A stretch of DNA of 32,000 bases. Origin: Granulosicoccaceae bacterium. Lineage in GTDB: Bacteria; Pseudomonadota; Gammaproteobacteria; Granulosicoccales; Granulosicoccaceae. Each line of letters begins with the position of its first letter. The stretch's first letter is position 1. Positions 7,207 to 16,378 of the stretch are shown in pieces. The stretch is taken from assembly GCA_965224675.1 (NCBI GenBank), contig CBDDAA010000004.1, positions 1,387,770 to 1,419,769 of the forward strand, written 5' to 3'. The translations under genes were made by a program, and so were the position numbers. The notes under the pieces were generated by a model. The model made no database searches, was not told the DNA's origin, and worked only from the letters and a program-made list of their open reading frames with translations.

Positions 7207-10191
7207 TCATTCATTATAATAGGGCCCTTGAAGACCATGCTTTGCATAAAACGAGGTTAATTGATTCGCCACCCTGGTCGCGTCAGCGATGTGTCGTTTT
7301 ACTAATTCGCTACGTTGTTCTGGATCTTTGCTCGCTTCTATTGATCCCCAAAAAGCAGCCAAATCTTCCGTGTATTTACGGATGTTCATTAGCTCATCCG
7401 CTGATAAGCTTGAGATATCATTCGTTGTTACGGCACCCACTCCGTTCACCGTGAGTGATTTACCATTTGTATAACCTGCAGGTAAATCACCTTTCAAATT
7501 AACAACTCTTTTAAACAGAATAACATCAAAAATCTGGTTAACCGCTTGTTTGGCACTTTCAACCCTGGAGAAATGCTCGGTATCTGCAGCGGCATGTGGC
7601 AGAAGCTCCATCTTATCAGCATGCCTGACAACTATATCCAAGTAAGGAACCATGGGTCCTGAGAGGGTGCCCGTTTTGCTATCTTTGAACAGATCTGCAT
7701 CAATTGCTGCGTAACTGATTTGACCTGAAGTAAGCGCGAGATCCAATGCTTTTGTACAAACCAGCTCCCCACGATCATAATTTATGACAACCGCGCCCGC
7801 ATTCAAGGCTGACAAAATCTCACCATTTATGAGACCCGCATTTGCATAAACGCCGGTTTTATTATTCATTACACCCAAACCGACATGAGGGCTGATCACA
7901 TCTGCGTTGGTGGCTGCTTCTTTGATTGTTTCTGCGTAGTCAAAACCTTCAGAAATTATCCATTGCTTATGGCGTGAGCGAGCGAACACACAAACACTCA
8001 TGCCAAAAGCTTTTGCCAGTCTGGCAACTTCCCGACCGATATTGCCATAGCCGATTATAGCTATTTTTTTACTCTCAATTTTGGCTGTTGGAAATTCCAC
8101 CAGATTTTCACCTGTATCGAAGTTACCTTCAACAACGCGCTTATGCAGTTCCGCTACCCGCAGATCAGGCATGACTTTGAGTAATGCCTTTATTGCAGTT
8201 TGTGCAGTTGCACGTGAGTTGAAACCCGGCGTATTCATTAATGGAGCAGAACCGCCTTCTCCATTTCCACCCCCCCAGCTATCTGAACCCATATTGCCGG
8301 TTCCGGCACCCATACGCACCCCACCCAGTTCAAACCGGGAGCCAGCAGGTAGAAAGGTTGCTGCTGTAATCACGGCATCATACTGACCACTATCAGTCGC
8401 TTCGAGAAGTTCTGCTTCGGTACTCATGCCGGGTTCATAGAAAAAGTGCAGACAACCTGTTTCCAGATCAGTTGTATTTTTTTCAGACCCTATATGGAAT
8501 ACGCCGTCTTTAGACTCAATGTGGGTTTGTACTTCACTAAAATCCGGCTTACCCGCATCGTTAAAACGCATGCCGATAAGATCGGTGATTAGAATCTTAT
8601 AGGCTTTATGCTTATCAATAGCGTGTGTTTGATTTGCAGTGCATGCATCAGAGGATTTAATAATTTCATCTGACTTTAGTAATTCCTGTTCTAACACCCA
8701 TACTTTAGCCCGATGGTAACAGTACTGAAGATTTTCGAGTAATGCTGTAATATCTTCGTCTGGTCGAATTCCACCTATCCAGGCACGATAATCGCCATCA
8801 GTGCCTGGAAATGCATTCACATAACGCGCAACATCCAGGCCCTTTTCGTGGCTGCCATCAGCATGCGTCAAACCTTCATAACCAAGCATTTTTTTGCTTT
8901 GAGCAATAATGCGTTCATGTAATGTTTCATCGATGATATCCTTGTCGATTACTTTTAATAGTGTCACTGCTGCACCGCGTGACTCGGGTTTTTTTACCCC
9001 TGACTCGAAAAGCGTGTTTGCTTGTATCCAGTCTGAAACAATTTGCCGATTTTTCATCGAGCGTTTATTAAGTGTTTTAACACTGCCCAGACGTTGCTCA
9101 TTTTGTAATATGGCAAAAGTTGTTTCTGCAAATGCAAGCGTGCTGTAGGTATTGATAATACCACCGTGCATTTTGTTTTCAGCGGGATCATAAATGGGTC
9201 CAAGATCAGTTTTTACCTCGCTGCTCAGCGGCCGCTTAGGGTCTACAGGAACCGCAATCTTGAGTTGGCGTGGAATCGCCCATGACGGATTTTTCATATT
9301 CTCATCAATCATCATAATTGCGTGTGCGGTCATCGAGAAAATAAAATAACCTGAGACACCACCGATGGCTTTTTGAAAAGGGGTGAACAAGCAGCATTTT
9401 TCCATCACGGATTGTATTATATCATCAGCCCAGGGCATCGCTCCCAACATGGATGTGCTGTCAATTACGGCATGGTGCTCTGTGGGGTTGATGTCAATCC
9501 AGGCCAACAGGTTTTTAATTTCTGCTTCTGTATAGGTCGTCGCACCTGTTGTCTCATGACCCACACCAAAAAACAGTTTGATCCCCAGTTCCTGGAGATA
9601 ATCTGCAGATGGGATACAGCCCTCATCATCAGTGAAGTGAAGACGGGCAGGGTCACCATTTTTTGAAAACTTGAGCATTTCGATAAGTTGTGAACCCCAC
9701 GACTGTCGGAAAAACCCCGATTTCTTAGCCGCTTCTGATTCGGGTTTAGGGGTATCAACAAAAATTTTTTGTTCTGGTTTTTCAGCCGATAAAAGATGCA
9801 TCACTGCGACAGTGAATCCGCTATGACCACCACCAAGCCCTATGGCTATTTTTGTTTTATCCGAGTAGTTGAAGTAACGGTGGATATGACTCATCATATC
9901 GAGTAATACCTTGTCGGCCGGGTAGCCTCGATGCATACTGCGGCCCAGTTCTCCGGTTGTGAAATTTCCAATAATATTGCCCTTGTCATCATATTTTGGA
10001 TAGTTAGTCTCTATCCATGAATTAAAAGCAAACCGTCGCTTTCTAGCGTCCATTTCGTCCATGGCCATATCAGTGATAGGCCCAACACCAAAAAATTGAT
10101 TTCTTGTTTTCGCCGGCGCACCGGCTGCAGTAAGATCCAGTGCATTCTGGTACGCCGTTTTTATATCTTTCAAGTTCATGTTGTCATCCAC
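7207..10191 (-). CDS. Fusion protein: SerC-like (class V) aminotransferase N-terminal half + D-isomer-specific 2-hydroxyacid dehydrogenase (SerA/HPR-like) C-terminal half
   Basis: The N-terminal half carries 'GLGGGHSGFTVAV', 'GHETTGAT', 'VIDSTSML' and 'TPFQKAIGG' (candidate PLP-Lys codon at 9370-9372). The C-terminal half carries the Rossmann motif 'KIAIIGYGNIGREVARLAKAFGMSV' (GYGNIG at 8035-8052), 'NYDRGELV', 'AAIDADLF' and 'LLPHAAADT'. Base 10191 is a GTG; ATG 10179 is an alternative start. Confidence 0.8.
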   Translation of the reverse strand: MDDNMNLKDIKTAYQNALDLTAAGAPAKTRNQFFGVGPITDMAMDEMDARKRRFAFNSWIETNYPKYDDKGNIIGNFTTGELGRSMHRGYPADKVLLDMMSHIHRYFNYSDKTKIAIGLGGGHSGFTVAVMHLLSAEKPEQKIFVDTPKPESEAAKKSGFFRQSWGSQLIEMLKFSKNGDPARLHFTDDEGCIPSADYLQELGIKLFFGVGHETTGATTYTEAEIKNLLAWIDINPTEHHAVIDSTSMLGAMPWADDIIQSVMEKCCLFTPFQKAIGGVSGYFIFSMTAHAIMMIDENMKNPSWAIPRQLKIAVPVDPKRPLSSEVKTDLGPIYDPAENKMHGGIINTYSTLAFAETTFAILQNEQRLGSVKTLNKRSMKNRQIVSDWIQANTLFESGVKKPESRGAAVTLLKVIDKDIIDETLHERIIAQSKKMLGYEGLTHADGSHEKGLDVARYVNAFPGTDGDYRAWIGGIRPDEDITALLENLQYCYHRAKVWVLEQELLKSDEIIKSSDACTANQTHAIDKHKAYKILITDLIGMRFNDAGKPDFSEVQTHIESKDGVFHIGSEKNTTDLETGCLHFFYEPGMSTEAELLEATDSGQYDAVITAATFLPAGSRFELGGVRMGAGTGNMGSDSWGGGNGEGGSAPLMNTPGFNSRATAQTAIKALLKVMPDLRVAELHKRVVEGNFDTGENLVEFPTAKIESKKIAIIGYGNIGREVARLAKAFGMSVCVFARSRHKQWIISEGFDYAETIKEAATNADVISPHVGLGVMNNKTGVYANAGLINGEILSALNAGAVVINYDRGELVCTKALDLALTSGQISYAAIDADLFKDSKTGTLSGPMVPYLDIVVRHADKMELLPHAAADTEHFSRVESAKQAVNQIFDVILFKRVVNLKGDLPAGYTNGKSLTVNGVGAVTTNDISSLSADELMNIRKYTEDLAAFWGSIEASKDPEQRSELVKRHIADATRVANQLTSFYAKHGLQGPYYNE

Positions 10192-10475
10192 TCGATTTTT
10201 TTCTGCTGTTCGAATCAGGTAAACCTCAAGACGCGCAGACGTGCATTGATAAATAGGAAAAGCTTTGATTTGAGACGGGTTGATGTTTCAGTGAAAACGC
10301 CAATTTAGGTGCATAATCAGCATGAATATAGCCAGAATGCGACGCTAAATTACGTTAATTGTCAAAAAATGTGCAGACGCTTCCGTTAGAGGCTGTTTTT
10401 TGAATTTGCAATGTTGATATTGCAGGTTCAGGATAACTATCAATCGGTTAAGAGGGGGCTATCAGAGGCGATAAT

Positions 10476-11573
10476 TTATCGTTGATCAAAATCCACCACG
10501 ACCTCGTCAGATACAGGATGTGCTTGACAAGTCAATATATAACCGGCATCAATCTCATGCTGTTCCAGCGCATGGGTTAAGTTCATGTCAACTTTTCCTT
10601 TCAATAGCCTGGCTTTACAAGTTGAGCAAACACCGGCTTTACAAGCGTAGGGTAGGTCGAGCCCATTATGCATACCCGCATCAAGTATATTCTCGCCCAC
10701 AACTGACAATTGAAAACGAATACTGCGACCATCATATTTCACCGTGACTGTGCTGCTTTTTTCTTCTCCATAGGTGGCAATTCGTTGTTGAGATTTTTCG
10801 AGTATTCTGTGCGTGTCTTCGAATGAATTGGCAAACAGTTCATAATGGATATGGGAATCATCAATCCCCGATGCACGAAATCCCCGGGAAACTTCAGACA
10901 TCATGGCCTCAGGTCCGCAAATAAACACATCGTCTGTTGCAAGAATATCGATTAAGCCACTTTTATGCAGAGCCGTACCTTTCTTATTATCAATAATGCC
11001 GTTGCCCAGATCATAACCCTGATCTTCAGCATTCAAGATGTTAATCCATGAAAAACGATCCAAAAAACGATTTTTGATGAAACCCAGATCTTCCTTGAAC
11101 ATAATCGAGTGACTTTGACGGTTACCGTATATTAAAGTGACATGGCTTTTTGTTTCGATGTGGAGAATGCTTTTAATAATGGAGAGTATGGGTGTGATGC
11201 CGCTGCCGGCAGCAATGCACATGTATTTTTTTTGCGTATTTGCATTGAGTTGGGTATGGAAATTTCCCTGTGGCGGCATCACGTTGATTGGCATACCCGA
11301 TTTGAAATGATCATTGGCATAGTTTGAGAAACTTCCATTACGCACTCGCTTGATTGCGACACGAAGCTGATCTTCATTAATGCCAGAGCAGATGGAATAC
11401 GAACGGTCGATCTGCTCCCCATTGATATTGCAGCGTAAGGTTAGAAATTGTCCTTGAGTGAATCTGAATGTCTCGGTGAGTTTATCCGGTATTGTAAAAG
11501 TGATGCAAATAGCTGATTCAGTTTCTGCCTGAACATCGGCCAACTTAAGTGTGTGGAATTTTTTTTCTGTCAT
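10476..11573 (-). CDS. paaE: 1,2-phenylacetyl-CoA epoxidase reductase subunit (FAD/NAD-binding + plant-type 2Fe-2S ferredoxin)
   Basis: It contains 'RSYSICS' (flavin RxYS), 'CIAAGSGITPILSI' (NAD binding) and C-terminal 'CKAGVCSTCKARL...CQA' (2Fe-2S). I used the ATG at 11573, because the longer ORF to 11708 overlaps paaD. Confidence 0.92.
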   Translation of the reverse strand: MTEKKFHTLKLADVQAETESAICITFTIPDKLTETFRFTQGQFLTLRCNINGEQIDRSYSICSGINEDQLRVAIKRVRNGSFSNYANDHFKSGMPINVMPPQGNFHTQLNANTQKKYMCIAAGSGITPILSIIKSILHIETKSHVTLIYGNRQSHSIMFKEDLGFIKNRFLDRFSWINILNAEDQGYDLGNGIIDNKKGTALHKSGLIDILATDDVFICGPEAMMSEVSRGFRASGIDDSHIHYELFANSFEDTHRILEKSQQRIATYGEEKSSTVTVKYDGRSIRFQLSVVGENILDAGMHNGLDLPYACKAGVCSTCKARLLKGKVDMNLTHALEQHEIDAGYILTCQAHPVSDEVVVDFDQR

Positions 11574-11583
11574 GATAACAACA

Positions 11584-12120
11584 CTATATCGATTTAAAGT
11601 AGTCAAAAGGTTCCAGGCAATCCTGGCACTGGTATAATGCTTTACAGGCGGTAGAGCCAAATTCTGATATCTGGCGTGTTTTGCTACCATGACATTTGGG
11701 ACACGCAATGCTTTCTAAATGACTTTGTCTGCCGCACTGCATATCAGGCGGGGTGATTCCAGACTCGCGCAGACGATTGCGTCCTTCTGGCGAGAGCGCG
11801 TTGCTACTCCATGCAGGCGAGAGCTGTATTTTAATTTCGACCTGTGGGTAATTATTTTCCAACAAAGTGGTGATAATGTCCTCACGCATGACTTCCATGG
11901 CGGGGCAGCCTGAATAAGTCGGGGTGAGAGTTACAACAACGGTGTTATTGTTGTATTCTATATTGGTCAGTACAGCAAGATCCCAAAGGCTTATAACCGG
12001 GATTTCAGGGTCACAGACTGCATCCAGCAGATCCCAAATCACCTTGTTTTTTGATGCTCTACGATGATTTAGCCGTGTCTCATAGAGCGCTGGCTTTTCA
12101 GTGTCTATGCGGTTTCTCAT
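11584..12120 (-). CDS. paaD: 1,2-phenylacetyl-CoA epoxidase subunit PaaD
   Basis: It has 'DPEIPVISLWDLAVL...TPTYSGCPAM' (a SUF/MIP18-like domain) and a C-terminal Cys cluster 'CPKCHGS...CQDCLEPFDYFK'. Its position between paaC and paaE fits. Confidence 0.9.
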   Translation of the reverse strand: MRNRIDTEKPALYETRLNHRRASKNKVIWDLLDAVCDPEIPVISLWDLAVLTNIEYNNNTVVVTLTPTYSGCPAMEVMREDIITTLLENNYPQVEIKIQLSPAWSSNALSPEGRNRLRESGITPPDMQCGRQSHLESIACPKCHGSKTRQISEFGSTACKALYQCQDCLEPFDYFKSI

Positions 12121-12121
12121 C

Positions 12122-12889
12122 TTACCACTGCAACCCTGGCATTGACCGATGCAGGAACTGTAACTCGGTGAGTAAATGGCCTAAATTCTCCGTATGATAA
12201 CCTGATCGGCCACCGCATACAGACCATTGTTGTGTCGGGATGATTAATGCCGCCTCATGCAGAATATCATGCAGCCGGGTTTCCCATTCATCTTTCAATG
12301 CCGTGTTATCAACAGCTATTTTTCTTGCAGCCAGGTTTTTTTCCAGCTCGTCCAGCTCAAACATTTCAGCGCTATATCCACAAAGTGAATCAACTGCTTT
12401 TTGCGTGCGGATATGACTCTCTTGAGTACCGTCTCCAAGCCTTACCACCCACTCTTTGCTACGTCGCAGGTGGTAGCGGGTTTCCTTGATCGCTTTTTCG
12501 GCAATACCTGAAAGCCTTTCATCTTTACACTCAAACAGGCGGGGAAGAAAAATGGCGTTGAACAGATCAACAAACAGCTGTCGTACCATTGTAAAGGCGA
12601 AATCACCGCGAGGTAATTCAACAATTAAGAAATTACGAAACTCTCTTTCGTCCCGCGTATAGGCAAAATCATCTTCAGATTTGCCATTGCCTGATAATTC
12701 TGCTGCGTAGCTGTAGAACATCCGTGCGCGGCCAATGTAATCCAACGCGACATTGGATAATGCGAGATCTTCTTCAAGAAACGGTGCATTGCTCGACCAC
12801 TCTGACAGCCTGTGACCCAAAATAAGGGCGTCATCGCCAAGACGAACAGCGTATTCCAGGGTCGCTTGTTTTTCCTCAATATCGTTCAT
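12122..12889 (-). CDS. paaC: 1,2-phenylacetyl-CoA epoxidase subunit PaaC
   Basis: 255 aa. 'LGDDALILGHRLSEW...APFLEEDLALSNVALDYIGRAR' is a typical PaaC ferritin-like subunit pattern, and the gene order fits. Confidence 0.9.
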   Translation of the reverse strand: MNDIEEKQATLEYAVRLGDDALILGHRLSEWSSNAPFLEEDLALSNVALDYIGRARMFYSYAAELSGNGKSEDDFAYTRDEREFRNFLIVELPRGDFAFTMVRQLFVDLFNAIFLPRLFECKDERLSGIAEKAIKETRYHLRRSKEWVVRLGDGTQESHIRTQKAVDSLCGYSAEMFELDELEKNLAARKIAVDNTALKDEWETRLHDILHEAALIIPTQQWSVCGGRSGYHTENLGHLLTELQFLHRSMPGLQW

Positions 12890-12972
12890 CTATACTGCGC
12901 TCTATATAAATCACTGGTATTTTTTTAGATTTGATTGATGCCAATTTAAAAAAAATTAACCGGATTTATTCA

Positions 12973-13260
12973 TCACATATTATCGACTTCATCAGGCAGT
13001 TTGTAGTGCCCTGCGTGACGATAAGGTTTGTCATTCGATGGCTCGTAAAAACTCTCTGCATCTTCTTCCTGTGAAGCGCATATATCCGCTGATTTTACAA
13101 CCCAGATACTGACACCCTCGCTGCGCCGGGTGTAGCAGTCGCGTGCGTATTTTAACGCCTGCTCATGATCCGCCGCGTGCAGACTGCCGAAGTGCTTGTG
13201 ATCCAGTCCGCGACGAGAGCGTATAAAAACTTCATATAATTCAAGATGATTGTTTGGCAT
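12973..13260 (-). CDS. paaB: 1,2-phenylacetyl-CoA epoxidase subunit PaaB
   Basis: 95 aa from ATG 13260 ('[29 protein letters not shown]...'). The 142-aa ORF-track version overlaps paaA heavily and is treated as an artefactual extension. Confidence 0.9.
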   Translation of the reverse strand: MPNNHLELYEVFIRSRRGLDHKHFGSLHAADHEQALKYARDCYTRRSEGVSIWVVKSADICASQEEDAESFYEPSNDKPYRHAGHYKLPDEVDNM

Positions 13261-14215
13261 TGTTTTCTCTTTTAACATTGTTGTGCATAGAGCGCTGTTT
13301 CTTTTCTTCATAGGCATGCAAGGCTTCACGTACCCAGGCACCGTCCTCGTGTGCCTGGATGTGATGCTGTAAACGCTGTCGATTACAGTGGCCATTGCCA
13401 TTGATTACGCTATAAAACTCGTTCCAATCAATTTCACCATGATCAAAGTGGCCTCGTTCGTTGTTCCACTTTAGCTGTGAATCGGGGTGTTTAAGGTCAA
13501 GGTATTTAATCTGTGGTGCGGTTTGGTCAATAAACTTCTGGCGCAGATTATCGTTGGTTTCACGTTTTATTTTCCAGGCCATTGAACGAGAGGAGTGTGC
13601 CGATTCTCGATCATGCGGTCCGAACATCATTAGTGATGGCCAGTAAAAACGATCCAGTGCGTCTTGCGCCATTTGCTTTTGCTTTTCACTGCCTTGGCAT
13701 AATGCCAACATGATTTCATAGCCCTGGCGTTGGTGAAAGCTCTCTTCTTTGCAAATACGAACCATCGCTCTGGCGTAAGGACCATAGGAAGTTCGTTGCA
13801 GAGAAATCTGATTGACAATGGCGGCACCATCAACCAGCCAACCTATAGCCCCAATATCGGCCCAGGTTTGAGTGGGATAATTAAAAATAGAGGCATATTT
13901 TGCCTTGCCGCTTTGCAGTGCAGATATCATCGCCTGTCGACTGATACCAAGCGTCTCTGCAGCGCTATAAAGATATAATCCATGACCACCCTCGTCTTGT
14001 ATTTTTGATAACAAGACAGCTTTGCGTCTTAAGGAGGGTGCGCGGGTTATCCAGTTTCCCTCTGGCTGCATGCCAATGACTTCGGAGTGTGCATGTTGAG
14101 AAATTTGACGAATGAGGTTTTGCCGATAATCTTCAGGCATCCAGTCCCTGGGTTCAATGCTATCGTCTTGCTCAATTAACTTATCGAAGCGGGATTGTTG
14201 CGATGGTGTGCTCAT
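13241..14215 (-). CDS. paaA: 1,2-phenylacetyl-CoA epoxidase catalytic subunit PaaA
   Basis: It shows di-iron ferritin-like motifs: '[13 protein letters not shown]', '[12 protein letters not shown]' and '[11 protein letters not shown]'. It is first in the paaABCDE order. Confidence 0.93.
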   Translation of the reverse strand: MSTPSQQSRFDKLIEQDDSIEPRDWMPEDYRQNLIRQISQHAHSEVIGMQPEGNWITRAPSLRRKAVLLSKIQDEGGHGLYLYSAAETLGISRQAMISALQSGKAKYASIFNYPTQTWADIGAIGWLVDGAAIVNQISLQRTSYGPYARAMVRICKEESFHQRQGYEIMLALCQGSEKQKQMAQDALDRFYWPSLMMFGPHDRESAHSSRSMAWKIKRETNDNLRQKFIDQTAPQIKYLDLKHPDSQLKWNNERGHFDHGEIDWNEFYSVINGNGHCNRQRLQHHIQAHEDGAWVREALHAYEEKKQRSMHNNVKRENNAKQSS

Positions 14216-14276
14216 ATCTGCGCGTCACCTGTATGCCGATCATAAATGAAAAAGAATGTTGTCTTTATGTAACTAT

Positions 14277-14320
14277 ATATGATACATAATTTCCTTTCAA
14301 TACTAATTTCATGTATCGTA
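14277..14320. promoter_or_regulatory. Candidate PaaX operator pair in the paaA/paaX divergent promoter region
   Basis: TATATGATACATAAT lies at 14277-14291. An inverted partner ATGTATCG lies at 14312-14319 (reverse complement CGATACAT). The half-site starts are 31 bp apart. The same TATGATACA core recurs upstream of paaF and paaK. Confidence 0.4.
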
Positions 14321-14433
14321 TTAAGAAGGGTTGAATTTTATGAATAAACTCTGTTGTGCTCACTTGAAAGAGTCGGGTTTATAGCCTGTTGCCTGTTCAA
14401 TTTAATGGCTGCTTCTGAGAATATATTAATTAA

Positions 14434-15366
14434 ATGCCCGATTCCTCGATCAAACAATTAGTTGAAAAACGCTTTGAGCAATTTAAAGGTGCGGATTTCA
14501 ACTCCACGCCTTACCTGATCATGACGCTTTTTGGTGATAGCGTCATTCCGCATGGTGGTGAGATATGGCTGGGTAGCCTGGTGCAATTGCTACAGCCGCT
14601 TGGCATTAGCGAACGCCGGATCAGAACATCCGTCTTTCGACTGACCAAGGATACCTGGTTGGAAAGCAGGAAGATCGGTAGAAAAAGTTATTACAAGCCT
14701 TGTCATGTCGGTGAAATTGAACGAAATGAACTGCGGATATACTATCAGCAGGAAAAATGGGATGGAAACTGGCGTCTGCTGTTGGGCGTTTCAACGGAAA
14801 AAGCCAAACCTCAACGCGATGAATTTAGAAAAATACTGCTTAAGAACGGATTCTGCGCAATAGCGACAGGCGTTTTTGGTCACCCGACCATTGCTTTTGA
14901 TGAGATAGACAGGCTGCTAAAAAATTATCAGCAAGCACATGCTTATATCGTTATGAGTGCGCGTAATCCAGATGGCTCTGCGCTTGATTTTCAGCGAGTG
15001 GGTCAGGTGATGCATCGCTGTAATATGGATCATTTGGAGCAAGAGTACCTGGCTTACATAAAGCGCTATCAAGCCATTTTTAATCTGCGCACTCAAGCAA
15101 ATCATTTAAATCGTGAGCAATGTTTTTTACTTAGAACACTGTTGATCAATGACTATCGTCATTTGCTTTGGCATGATGTTGTACGTTCTAATTTGCTGTT
15201 AGGTGAAGACTGGGCAGGCAAACATGCACGGCACATTGTTGCATCGATTTATTGTTGTATTGAAGAAAAGGCCCGTGAGTATTTTTGTGAAATAGGGGAG
15301 AATGATGCCGGACAACTTCCGGCGATGGCACCGCGATTCAGAGAACGCTTCAAGCATCTGATCTGA
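14434..15366 (+). CDS. paaX: Phenylacetic acid degradation operon repressor PaaX
   Basis: 310 aa. 'LIMTLFGDSV...GGEIWLGSLVQLLQPLGISERRIRTSVFRLTKDTWLESRKIGRKSYY' is the PaaX winged-helix N-terminus. The gene is divergent from paaA. Confidence 0.9.
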   Translation: MPDSSIKQLVEKRFEQFKGADFNSTPYLIMTLFGDSVIPHGGEIWLGSLVQLLQPLGISERRIRTSVFRLTKDTWLESRKIGRKSYYKPCHVGEIERNELRIYYQQEKWDGNWRLLLGVSTEKAKPQRDEFRKILLKNGFCAIATGVFGHPTIAFDEIDRLLKNYQQAHAYIVMSARNPDGSALDFQRVGQVMHRCNMDHLEQEYLAYIKRYQAIFNLRTQANHLNREQCFLLRTLLINDYRHLLWHDVVRSNLLLGEDWAGKHARHIVASIYCCIEEKAREYFCEIGENDAGQLPAMAPRFRERFKHLI

Positions 15367-15384
15367 CAGGCTGCTAATCCATAC

Positions 15385-16014
15385 TTACAGCACATACACA
15401 TAAATAGAAGAATAATGACTTACACTGCCGCCAATAACAAATAAGTGCCAGACGCCATGTGCATGTTTTACTCGATCACTCAGCAGGTAAAACACAATTC
15501 CCAGTGTGTACAAACCGCCGCCCAGGGCTAATAAAAATAAACCGTTAGCCGCGAGATTTTCTGCCAGCGGTTTTAATGGAATAATAGCCAGCCATCCCAT
15601 CGTTAAGTAAATTAGAAGCGGGATGGTTCGATGATCATTATTTGATAACTTTTTGCGCCTGGCATCAATGACTATGCCTATAATTGCCAAGCCCCAAACT
15701 ACCCCCAGAATTGACCAACCCCACACCCCACGCAGCGTAATCAGCATATAAGGCGTGTAAGTACCTGCGATCAACAGGTAAATGGAAATATGATCAAATT
15801 TTTGTAACAAATTTTTAAAGCGGCCGCTGTGTCCGTGATATACCGTTGAGCTGATATAGAGTAATAACAGGGTGGAACCATAAATACTTACGCTGATAAT
15901 TTTCCAGGAATCAGCCGTTCCCACTGCAAGAACAACGAGATAGATAAGCCCTGGGATGGCGGCCAATGCGGCCAGGAGATGGGTGATGGTATTAAATTTT
16001 TCACCGTGTTGCAT
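15385..16014 (-). CDS. Hemolysin III / PAQR family 7-TM membrane protein
   Basis: 209 aa and about 7 TM helices. It has N-terminal 'EKFNTITHLL', then 'SSTVYHG', 'DHISIYLLIAGTYTPY' and C-terminal 'HGVWHLFVIGGSVSHY', which are conserved HlyIII/YqfA His motifs. Confidence 0.85.
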   Translation of the reverse strand: MQHGEKFNTITHLLAALAAIPGLIYLVVLAVGTADSWKIISVSIYGSTLLLLYISSTVYHGHSGRFKNLLQKFDHISIYLLIAGTYTPYMLITLRGVWGWSILGVVWGLAIIGIVIDARRKKLSNNDHRTIPLLIYLTMGWLAIIPLKPLAENLAANGLFLLALGGGLYTLGIVFYLLSDRVKHAHGVWHLFVIGGSVSHYSSIYVYVL

Positions 16015-16278
16015 TTTTCTCGTTTATCCGTAGTACTGAAAGGTGTATTCGGCACTATAGCATTTATATTGCCCAACGGCTGCAATCGTTAAATATTCAC
16101 CCTGGCCATATTAGTGGATGATTAATAATAAGCAATTTTTTTGTCAGTGAAGCGCTGGCATATAGTTTTTCCAATTAAAATTATTTCAAAATCGGGTTTA
16201 AAAATATTCACATTACCCACGAGTGCTCTTTTCTATAAATTGCATAATTGTCTGATATTAAATAAATAAATTCTAATT

Positions 16279-16290
16279 GTGATCGATCAC
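16279..16290. promoter_or_regulatory. Perfect 12-bp palindrome GTGATCGATCAC in the hlyIII / ATPase divergent intergenic region
   Basis: Read directly from the sequence. It lies about 89 nt upstream of ATG 16379. Its function is unknown. Confidence 0.25.
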
Positions 16291-16378
16291 CGGGTTTATA
16301 TTCGATTAAAAATGGCTTGCGGTATTGGTATTTATAGCGTTTATGCTCTACATTACACCCTCTGACTCGGGAGTGGTT

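Noticed and set aside
10407-10424. A TGCAAT-GTTGAT-ATTGCA hairpin downstream of paaE, considered as a terminator.
   Set aside because: On the paaE (minus) strand it is followed by AATTCAAAAAAC, not a T-run. The stem is AT-rich and only 6 bp.
10476-11708. A 410-aa version of the paaE ORF with a 45-aa N-terminal extension.
   Set aside because: The extension overlaps the 3' end of paaD by about 125 nt and has no PaaE-like sequence. ATG 11573 ('MTEKKFHTLKL...') gives a normal-length reductase 10 nt after the paaD stop.
12973-13401. A 142-aa version of paaB.
   Set aside because: The first 47 aa lie inside paaA in another frame. ATG 13260 gives the canonical ~95-aa PaaB.
15367-15384. Very short convergent spacers with no terminator hairpin: 18 bp between paaX and hlyIII, and 37 bp between VOC and paaZ (19476-19512).
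   Set aside because: Short convergent gaps are common. Nothing structured is visible, so this is not evidence of anything by itself.
16325-16378. An upstream TTG start for the large ATPase ORF.
   Set aside because: It is a rare start codon with no RBS and encodes a hydrophobic junk-like peptide. ATG 16379 is preceded by GGGAG.
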